A DNA stretch of 64,000 nt, from positions 32,001 to 96,000 of IMG/VR virus record IMGVR_UViG_3300028591_000094. The stretch is one strand, 5' to 3'. This DNA comes from a virus (Duplodnaviria; Caudoviricetes). Numbering within the stretch: position 1 is the first letter of the stretch; each line of letters opens with the position of its first letter. The notes below the pieces were generated by a model that saw only the letters and a program-made list of their open reading frames with translations, did not search any database and was not told the DNA's origin. Shown piece by piece: positions 19,186 to 26,321 of this stretch. Position numbers and translations under genes: made by a program.

Positions 19186-20442
19186 CTAATAAAAACTGGA
19201 ATTATTAGTTTTTCCTTCTTGCTTCAACGAATCACTGCTTTTTAGGTTTGTTACCAAACGGTCATCCACAGTTGGGTTCTCCGCAAGCGTAAATTCGGTG
19301 TTACGGACACCTATTGTTCTTATTCCTTCATTCAAGATGTTGATTGCAGCATTCACATCCCTGTCGTGATGCTCGCCGCAAATCGGACAAACCCATTCAC
19401 GGTCGCTCAAAACCAAGTCCTTCTTGATGTAACCGCACTTGTGGCAGGTCTTGCTGCTCGGATAGAAACGGTCAACCAAGACAACCTTCTTGCCGTTTAG
19501 TTCCGCTTTGTCGGTCAGAACTTGTCTGAACCGATACAATCCGATTTCTTGTATCGCCTTTGAAAGTTTATGGTTCTTCAACATTCCTCTGACATTCAAA
19601 TCCTCCATACAAACCAAGTCGTAATCTTTAAGCAGGCAATTCACGACATAGTAGATGTATGCTTCCTTTTGGTTAGTCAATCGTTCAAACGCCTTCGCAA
19701 TTCTGACACGTTGTTTCTCTCGGTTGTGTGAACCTTTGACTTTCCTTGACAGTTGCTTCTGCAACCTCTTGACTTTTTGCTCTTGCTTTTTGAAGAAGTG
19801 CCTGTTATCAAAGACCTCACCGTCACTTGTAATCACAAAGTCCTTCACTCCGAGGTCTATACCAACGCATTGTTTAGTGTGTTTGAATTTGATAAGTTCA
19901 TCCTGCGGTATGTCAACAAGGATTGAAAGGAAGTAGTTGCCGCTCTTGGTTCTCGAAACGGTAGCACTCCTTATGCAATCTTTGTAGTCTTGAAGTCTCT
20001 CGTAATACAAGTCCGAACATCTAAACTTGATGTCCTTGAGGTCTTGAGTTAAAGTTATTTTTCTTTCATTGAATGTGTTGCGCTTTGAAATCGCTTCTGA
20101 CGGAAACAGTGCCGACTGCTTGTCCTTCTTTGACTTGAACTTCGGGAATCCGTTGTGCTGCTTGAAGAACTTTGAATAAGCGTCAAGCATTTGACGGATT
20201 GACTGTTTCATCACCTTTGTGTTCTGTTCTTGCAACCAAGCATAGTTCTCGTCTTTCAATAATGTTCCGTGAAACCACTTGGAAATGTCAGTTAGTTTAA
20301 GATTGGTCTTATCCTCGTCATAGGCATTGCGCTTGAATTCAAGGGTCTTGTTATACACAAAGCGGTAGCATCCAAGTACCTTGTCAAGTCTTGTCTGCTG
20401 TTCCTTGTTCGGATATAACCTTACCTTGATTCCTCGCAACAT
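19186..20442 (-). CDS. tnpB: TnpB RNA-guided endonuclease
   Basis: N-terminal HTH, GIDLG, MEDLN, PSSKTCHKCG, DRDVNAAINI. Confidence 0.95.
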   Translation of the reverse strand: MLRGIKVRLYPNKEQQTRLDKVLGCYRFVYNKTLEFKRNAYDEDKTNLKLTDISKWFHGTLLKDENYAWLQEQNTKVMKQSIRQMLDAYSKFFKQHNGFPKFKSKKDKQSALFPSEAISKRNTFNERKITLTQDLKDIKFRCSDLYYERLQDYKDCIRSATVSRTKSGNYFLSILVDIPQDELIKFKHTKQCVGIDLGVKDFVITSDGEVFDNRHFFKKQEQKVKRLQKQLSRKVKGSHNREKQRVRIAKAFERLTNQKEAYIYYVVNCLLKDYDLVCMEDLNVRGMLKNHKLSKAIQEIGLYRFRQVLTDKAELNGKKVVLVDRFYPSSKTCHKCGYIKKDLVLSDREWVCPICGEHHDRDVNAAINILNEGIRTIGVRNTEFTLAENPTVDDRLVTNLKSSDSLKQEGKTNNSSFY

Positions 20443-20568
20443 ATCAATAAAAAAGAGGCATTAAACTTGCGGTTAAAAATGTGGACAGAACCGACAAGGA
20501 TAAAACCTCTATATATCTTATGTTATTTAGAAACGACTGTCCACTTTCGTTTCTTTATTTATAAATAG
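20443..20568 (-). promoter_or_regulatory. TATTTAT promoter plus kissing-loop leader RNA (copy 2)
   Basis: GTGGACAG/CTGTCCAC loop-loop complementarity. Confidence 0.7.
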
Positions 20569-20649
20569 TCTGAAACTACAATATATTTATACGAGTTAGT
20601 TTTTATCAGTTTTTCATAGATTTTATTAGATTTTCAAGGAACTGTTATG

Positions 20650-20720
20650 TACCCCCATAGGGACTCGAACCCCAATTCTGGGTTTAGAAGACCCATGTCC
20701 TTCCGTTGAACGATAGGGGC
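20650..20720 (-). tRNA. tRNA-Arg(UCU)
   Basis: TGGGT-CTTCTAA-ACCCA. Confidence 0.92.
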
Positions 20721-20739
20721 GTTAACCGCACTATTGATG

Positions 20740-20810
20740 AGCTTGGTCTTGGAGTCGAACCAAGTCAGACAGTTTTGCAGACTGTTGCCACGCCGCATGG
20801 CTTACCAAGC
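20740..20810 (-). tRNA. tRNA-Cys(GCA)
   Basis: ACAGT-CTGCAAA-ACTGT, U73. Confidence 0.9.
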
Positions 20811-20824
20811 AGAATTTTTTTTTG

Positions 20825-20879
20825 AACCCCAAGTCGGAGTCGAACCGACACACTTCGCGAAGTCACCTCCCGTTGGGGC
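20825..20879 (-). ncRNA. Minimal tRNA-like RNA (acceptor plus T arm)
   Basis: GCCCCAA/TTGGGGT and GTCGG-TTCGACT-CCGAC. Confidence 0.6.
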
Positions 20880-21146
20880 TGTTGATTGGGGTTTCATAGT
20901 AAAAAAAAACCGAGTAATTTGACGAGCTACGGACTGAGGAAACGACGGCTGGATACGTCGATTGCATTACCGTTTACGGTTTTACCCTCTGTTGCGTTGC
21001 ATTCATATAGCACCTCACGGTAACCAACACCTTTCACAGAACTGACGAAACATTGTAGAATCGGTCTCACCAATGCAAATACCGCGAATCTCGCAAAGGC
21101 TTACTTCTGTTCTACTCGGTGGTCTGTACTCGGTCTTTATGCGTCG

Positions 21147-21226
21147 TGCCCCTGGCAGGACTTGAACCTGCACGCCTTTCGGCACTTGCTCCTAAGGCAA
21201 GCGTGTCTGCATTCCACCACAGGGGC
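21147..21226 (-). tRNA. tRNA-Leu(UAG)
   Basis: CTTGC-CTTAGGA-GCAAG. Confidence 0.92.
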
Positions 21227-21232
21227 ATATAG

Positions 21233-21306
21233 AGCCCCGTGCTGGACTTGAACCAGCGACCTGCTGTTTACGAGACAGCCGCTCTAGCCAGCTGAGCTAA
21301 CGGGGC
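21233..21306 (-). tRNA. tRNA-Thr(CGU)
   Basis: GCTGT-CTCGTAA-ACAGC. Confidence 0.93.
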
Positions 21307-21483
21307 GTTTGCCAGCGGCTTGTTTCCAGACAGATTTTGACGCGGCGCAGACTTAACGTCTTTTCTTGATTGTGGTCTCAACCATAGCCAGTTGTTTCAC
21401 ACGGGCTCTTACCGTATCGGATAGCGTTTAACCACTCCGTCGCTCCTCGGTACTTAGCGTCTGACGGTTCTATCTGTTGTGCC

Positions 21484-21835
21484 GTACACAGAAACTTATG
21501 AAAACTTGTGATTTTCATCAGTTTCCGCTTCCTGCTTCGACGAGCCGCCGCTTCTTAGGCACGTCTCCGTGCGTTCGTCCACGGTTGGGTTCTCCACAGG
21601 CGTGAATTCGGGTCTACGGAACCCTATTATTCTTTCACCTTCCATAAGGATATTAATCGCAGCATTCAAATCCCTATCGTGATGTTCACCACACACGGGG
21701 CAAGTCCACTCACGTTCGCCAAGGGTCAATCCCTTGTAGACATAGCCGCACTTATGGCAGGTCTTGGAACTGGCGTACCACCTGTCCACCTCCACGATTT
21801 CCTTTCCATTCAGGGAAGCCTTGTCCATGAGCACG
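21484..21835 (-). pseudogene. tnpB: tnpB 3' remnant with element right end
   Basis: SSKTCHKCG..CPVCG..DRDLNAAINI..EFTPVENPTVD, similar to 19186..20442. Confidence 0.88.
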
Positions 21836-21903
21836 GACTTGAACCTGCACGCCTTTCGGCACTTGCTCCTAAGGCAAGCGTGTCTGCATTCCACCACAAG
21901 GGC
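21835..21903 (-). pseudogene. Truncated duplicate tRNA-Leu(UAG) fused to the tnpB remnant
   Basis: Near-identical to 21147..21226 up to GGTTCAAGTCC, then tnpB sequence. Confidence 0.85.
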
Positions 21904-21931
21904 AATTCGGTTTTTGTTTGTTTATGTATTG

Positions 21932-22005
21932 GGTGGCAGGTCAGGCTCGAACTGACGACCTACGGAACCACAATCCGCCGCTCTGCCATCTGAGCTACAA
22001 CCACC
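21932..22005 (-). tRNA. tRNA-His(GUG) with encoded G-1
   Basis: GCGGA-TTGTGGT-TCCGT, C73. Confidence 0.92.
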
Positions 22006-22047
22006 ATGTAAAAAAATGCCCCTGTTTTCCGACTCAAGCAGCATTCG

Positions 22048-22118
22048 TAGCCCATCGGGGACTCGAACCCCGCTCCAATGGCTGAGAACCATTCGTTCTA
22101 CCTCTAAACTAAAGGGCT
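22048..22118 (-). tRNA. tRNA-Glu(CUC)
   Basis: AATGG-TTCTCAG-CCATT. Confidence 0.88.
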
Positions 22119-22333
22119 ATGGTCAGGAGACGGTTTCACAGGCTCTTTCCCGTACCTCCCTACACCTACGTAGGGCGCTCGATTGTGTTACTTGGAGTAG
22201 TCAGTCGGTATTGTACGCGTCCATCACCAACCTCTATGACCTTTCGCTTCGGGTTTCCACAATTACTTTCATTTGAGCGTCCTCTCATTACTGGCACTTG
22301 TTTCAGCCGCATCCTGTTTGTGAGCTATCTCGC

Positions 22334-22420
22334 TGGTGGTCCCTCTGGGATTCGAACCCAGGACCCCCTCCTTAAAAGGGAGGTGCTCTCGCTTACGCTA
22401 ACCAACTGAGCTAAGGGACC
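22334..22420 (-). tRNA. tRNA-Lys(UUU) with expanded D loop and encoded CCA
   Basis: CCTCC-CTTTTAA-GGAGG; D loop AGTTGGTTAGCGTAAGCGA. Confidence 0.9.
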
Positions 22421-22582
22421 AATTCAGTGGATTTTGTTTAACGTATGCAAGGCTCCACTCAAGCACCCACGGGCGGGTTCCTATCTTTTGCGGCTTGTCC
22501 GCCAGCCGTCGTACTGGGCATCCTGACTTTCAGCACGCTTTGCCTCCGTTTTTACCCTTTGCGGACGGTATCAGTACGGCAG

Positions 22583-22666
22583 TGTCTCCGAGAGGATTTG
22601 AACCTCCATGGGGTTTCCCCCACCAGCCCCTCAAGCTGGCGCGCCTACCAGTTTCGCCACGAAGAC
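22583..22666 (-). tRNA. tRNA-Leu(GAG)
   Basis: CCAGC-TTGAGGG-GCTGG. Confidence 0.92.
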
Positions 22667-22829
22667 ATATTAAAAATGAAAAATAAACCGCACCCAAGAT
22701 GTTGCTCGACCAACCTTCTTGAAATTTCCCTTATCCGCATTCAAATCTCACGTGCGACTGAACTTGTTACGGTTGCTGAACGCGCCCTTTTTCGAGAGGG
22801 CTCATGGCCGTTGTGGCTTATTTTCATTG

Positions 22830-22902
22830 TGTTCCCGCCTGGGCTCGAACCAGGGACTTTCTGGATGTAAGCCAGATACTCTACCGACTGAGTTACAGGA
22901 AC
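22830..22902 (-). tRNA. tRNA-Val(UAC)
   Basis: TCTGG-CTTACAT-CCAGA. Confidence 0.93.
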
Positions 22903-22952
22903 AACGGGGTGACTATAGCCTATCCAGCGTCACCAATACTGGGTAGGTTTTG

Positions 22953-23025
22953 AGCACCGTGTGAGAGTCGAACTCACCATAACCTGCTTGGAAGGCAGGA
23001 ACCTTAGCCGCTCGGCCTACGATGC
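22953..23025 (-). tRNA. tRNA-Gly(UCC)
   Basis: CCTGC-CTTCCAA-GCAGG, U73. Confidence 0.9.
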
Positions 23026-23037
23026 GTTGGTTGTTTG

Positions 23038-23204
23038 TGTGCCTGGGAGGACTCGAACCTCCATTGACTGCATGCACCAAGTCTTGCTTTCTGAAATGCA
23101 TCGTCCTACTTTCGTCTCATAAGTCTTCATAAGACTCCGTAGCCGTCTTTCACGGCGTCTCCCACTATAGGGCGCAGGTATCCCAAATTCCCCGTCACAA
23201 ACAC
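23038..23204 (-). ncRNA. tRNA-like RNA with a large multi-hairpin insert replacing the anticodon arm
   Basis: Perfect T arm GGAGG-TTCGAGT-CCTCC followed by CAGGCAC-A; tentative partner GTGTTTG. Confidence 0.5.
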
Positions 23205-23366
23205 AACTTGGCGGATTGTCAGGCGTCTCGATTACCGCCATTATCTCAGTACGTCCCTGACTGACGTTCACGCCTACACGCCACATGGCATGACATTCTG
23301 GTGTACATATACTTGTCTCACAAATCGTGAGACAGGGTGTTCAGAAAAACCATAGGAATATTCACT

Positions 23367-23972
23367 TTAGTAATATTTTTTTCTGCCCCTACGACCTGAT
23401 TTGTTATGAGATTTATAATTATCTGTAAGTGAATGGCAGTTAGGGCACAGTACTTGAAGGTTATCTAAATTATTATTTGTATAATTACCATCAATATGAT
23501 GTATTTCAAGCGGAATTGTTTGTGTATATTCGTTCCGTTCACCCCATCCACATTTTTCACATTTATAATGGCTTTTTTTCAACAGATATTTTCTAATAAA
23601 ATGTGACAAATTATATTCGCCACTTAAACCGTTGCATTCTCCATTCAGCCACAGTTCCACGTGTTTTTGCTGTCTATACTCACCAGAACATTTCGTTGAA
23701 CAAAATTTATTGGTTGAACTATAGGAATGTTCAAATTCACACCCACAATTCAAGCAAACATGTTTCACCTTTTCTTTTATCGTTTTACCTTTATTAAAAT
23801 GTTCGTTGGGATTTATTTGGCGTTTATTTTTTAACTCAATACCCAACTTTTTACATGCTTTTTTTATTGTGTTAGAGCTTACACCATAATTGCGCCCGAT
23901 TTCACAATATGATACGTTTTCTTGAATCATCTTTTCAAGATTTTCCTTTTCGTTAGACCAATTAATCTTCAT
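23367..23972 (-). CDS. HNH homing endonuclease (free-standing) with N-terminal HTH
   Basis: CEKCG, LEIHHIDGN..NN..NLQVLCPNCH. Confidence 0.92.
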   Translation of the reverse strand: MKINWSNEKENLEKMIQENVSYCEIGRNYGVSSNTIKKACKKLGIELKNKRQINPNEHFNKGKTIKEKVKHVCLNCGCEFEHSYSSTNKFCSTKCSGEYRQQKHVELWLNGECNGLSGEYNLSHFIRKYLLKKSHYKCEKCGWGERNEYTQTIPLEIHHIDGNYTNNNLDNLQVLCPNCHSLTDNYKSHNKSGRRGRKKYY

Positions 23973-24029
23973 TTGAATTATAGTTTTATTATAAATATTT
24001 AATAAAACAATAATTCGTTTTTTTTTTCG

Positions 24030-24112
24030 AGCCAAGGACAAGATTCGAACTTGCGCGGACTTTCGTCACTGGGTTACAAAACCAGTACATTCAACCACTC
24101 TGTCACCTTGGC
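24030..24112 (-). tRNA. tRNA-Thr(UGU) with long variable arm
   Basis: CTGGT-TTTGTAA-CCCAG; V arm GAC-GAAA-GTC; U73. Confidence 0.78.
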
Positions 24113-24117
24113 AAAAT

Positions 24118-24473
24118 AACGGTTTTTCTCAGTCATTATAACCATATTGAAATTCTTGCAAGCCTCATTCCGATTAACTGGCTGCCCATTTACTGTTTTT
24201 ACAATCTTATGGACACGTATATGAGTTATAATTCCAATTTAGGCTGCAGGTTTGTGTATGCGTTTATGAGAACTTGAACATCGATTGGAACGCGCGTGTC
24301 TAGTTCAGTAATCTCAATTTAGCTCGGCGTTGTCCTTACACATTATTGGTTAGTGTTGAGAAGTTACTCCGACTAATGTCATTGTTTATCTTATCTATCA
24401 CCTATAAAATAGGACTTCTCTTTTAAAAGGACTTTCACCGAATTAGCCCGCTTCTACTGTTGAAAAAACCGTT
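24118..24473 (-). ncRNA. Free-standing group I intron-derived RNA scaffold
   Basis: 24-nt and 22-nt blocks identical to the 6098..6618 intron; covarying P3; closed by AACGGTTTTTTCA/TGAGAAAAACCGTT. Confidence 0.75.
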
Positions 24474-24476
24474 TTG

Positions 24477-24594
24477 TGTGACAAGGAGGATTCGAACCTC
24501 CACCGTGACCACTTCTTTCGGCGTGCCCGCCTACTTCCAGACTCGAACTGGGGACCAGATGCCTCTGTGCGTTTACCTATTTCGCCATTGTCAC
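24477..24594 (-). ncRNA. tRNA-like RNA with two T-loops and no anticodon loop
   Basis: GTGACAA/TTGTCAC, Leu-type D arm, CCAG-TTCGAGT-CTGG plus GGAGG-TTCGAAT-CCTCC. Confidence 0.72.
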
Positions 24595-24604
24595 ATTGTT
24601 TTTG

Positions 24605-24678
24605 TCGGCACGGGTGGAGTTGGACCACCGACCTCGACATTATCAGTGTCGCGCTCTAACCAACTGAGCTACGTGCCG
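24605..24678 (-). tRNA. tRNA-Ile(GAU)
   Basis: CGACA-CTGATAA-TGTCG. Confidence 0.92.
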
Positions 24679-25054
24679 ATTGTGTGGTTTCAACTTTATA
24701 TAAAAAGAGAATTAAACTTTGGAAGATTTCCGTGGTCACTTCCATCCGAGACCTTCTGACACTATTTCCGCCAGACTAAAGCGTACCAAATCTCGTTATC
24801 GCTGTTTTGTGCCCTTCCTTTCTTCAACCGTGTTGATGTTCTAGCGCCAGTGGTTTATTAGGGCCATCCGTACTCGTTTTTCACCCTTTCGGGCTTCTCT
24901 TACTATCCTTTTCGCAATCCTCCATTAAGGCACATTCTCAGTGCCACCACATTACTATGGCTGAGTTCACTCCCTTAAACCAACATCAACTTTAGAAGAA
25001 GTATGCTATAGGCACACCCACCTAGAAAGTATGTTCTCTTTATTATTGTCAATA

Positions 25055-25120
25055 CAGGAGACAAAATCAGGTGTTTCAAATTAAAAGTTTGAGCCTAAAG
25101 TTTTTTGCTGTACGTCTCCT
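25055..25120 (-). ncRNA. ACAGCAA-motif RNA, copy A
   Basis: AGGAGAC-GTACAGCAA...GTCTCCT-G. Confidence 0.7.
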
Positions 25121-25131
25121 ATTATATTATG

Positions 25132-25205
25132 TCACGTAGGTGGGATTCGAACCCACGGTCACCAGACTGAAAATCTGGGGTCCTAGACCACTAGACGACT
25201 ACGCG
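25132..25205 (-). tRNA. tRNA-Glu(UUC)
   Basis: CCAGA-TTTTCAG-TCTGG. Confidence 0.92.
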
Positions 25206-25321
25206 ATTTTGGTTTTTTCCTTTTGTCCTCCTTGCAGGCTTGTTTAACGCGCGCTGCCCAAGGTTGGTTGCTGAACTAGGTTGGAAATTACCTCCTAAAT
25301 CAATCCCTACAGCTTTTCACG

Positions 25322-25394
25322 TGGAGCCTAGCGGATTCGAACCGCTGACATTTTGCTTGCAAAGCAAACGCTCTACCAGCTGAGCTAAGGCCCC
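25322..25394 (-). tRNA. tRNA-Ala(UGC)
   Basis: TTTGC-TTTGCAA-GCAAA; G3:U70. Confidence 0.94.
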
Positions 25395-25399
25395 AAACT

Positions 25400-25463
25400 C
25401 AGGAGACCCAAAAAACCGATAACCAATTAATTGTTTTGTAATGATAATTGCTGTACGTCTCCC
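25400..25463 (-). ncRNA. ACAGCAA-motif RNA, copy B
   Basis: GGGAGAC-GTACAGCAA...GTCTCCT-G. Confidence 0.7.
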
Positions 25464-25482
25464 TTAATAAATGTTTTTTTTG

Positions 25483-25560
25483 TTACCCCAATCGGTTTCG
25501 AACCGATACTCCCTGACTGATGCATCCGCGCAGGTGGTCTACCATTTAACCTACGGAGTT
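25483..25560 (-). ncRNA. tRNA-like RNA with aberrant anticodon arm
   Basis: Normal D and T arms; CCTG-(15 nt)-CAGG in place of the anticodon arm. Confidence 0.62.
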
Positions 25561-25803
25561 ACCTTCACACCATACCGACGTCTTTACACACCTCTTGAAC
25601 GAGGAAGTATGATACTAATTGCGCAATGTAGTTTTTTATGCTATAAACTTATCGCCTGTTTAGAATATCTTTCTTTCGATGTGGTAGATTGTAATATTTA
25701 CACCATTTACGAATTGTATTATCACACACCCCAAACATTTTACCTATTTGCCGAAACGGTTTATTTCGAACCCATAACCAAAAAAATAAGTCTAATAACC
25801 TAG

Positions 25804-25892
25804 TAGCACGTATGGGATTCGAACCCATGAGGGACTTTTACATCCCAACCACATTGAAAGTGTGGCGACCTGGACCGCTAGTCGAACGCGCC
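25804..25892 (-). tRNA. tRNA-Glu(UUC) with long variable arm
   Basis: CCACA-CTTTCAA-TGTGG; V arm GGGAT-GTAAAA-GTCCC. Confidence 0.85.
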
Positions 25893-25949
25893 ATGACTGC
25901 CGCGGTTTTGTTAAACCAGACCCGCGGAGAACCTTATACTGGTTTTGTG

Positions 25950-26023
25950 TCGGGCATGCCTGACTCGAACAGGCGACCTCTGCATCCCAAATGCAGCGTT
26001 CTAGCCAACTGAACTAATACCCG
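25950..26023 (-). tRNA. tRNA-Pro(UGG)
   Basis: CTGCA-TTTGGGA-TGCAG. Confidence 0.93.
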
Positions 26024-26153
26024 TTAAAACAGATATATACTTATGACGCCTCGTCATCCTATGTACCCCACGACCAAACTAAACGCGTCCGCCAGCGCCA
26101 GAGCTGGACTTAATGGTCTCCGATACAAGCGAATGTATCTGTTTTTGTATCTG

Positions 26154-26321
26154 TGCTGGAGGCGGGATTCGAACCCACATTCACGGCTTGTACTTCGCCA
26201 CCTGTGCTTATTTACGTCCGCGCTTGAACCATCGGATGTACTTACCGACTATCGCGACGCTACAATTATTCGGCACCTCCCCAACCCAATGGGGCGACTT
26301 TGCCAGTTTGTCCACACCAGC
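26154..26321 (-). ncRNA. tRNA-like RNA with a 6-nt anticodon loop and about 100-nt variable-region insert
   Basis: GCTGGTG/CTCCAGC, GAC/GTC D arm, CCCCA-TTGGGT-TGGGG, T arm GTGGG-TTCGAAT-CCCGC. Confidence 0.7.

Larger units (their letters stand above)
19174..20651 (-). mobile_element. tnpA-less TnpB element inserted at GG in the 3' acceptor strand of tRNA-Arg; IS607-like ends
   Basis: GGGGG|TACAT on the left and CGG|TACCA on the right; short subterminal repeats near both ends. Confidence 0.7.

Noticed and set aside
21496-21897. 133-aa ORF as a functional gene
   Set aside because: Its N-terminus is translated tRNA sequence fused to a tnpB fragment lacking RuvC-I and RuvC-II.
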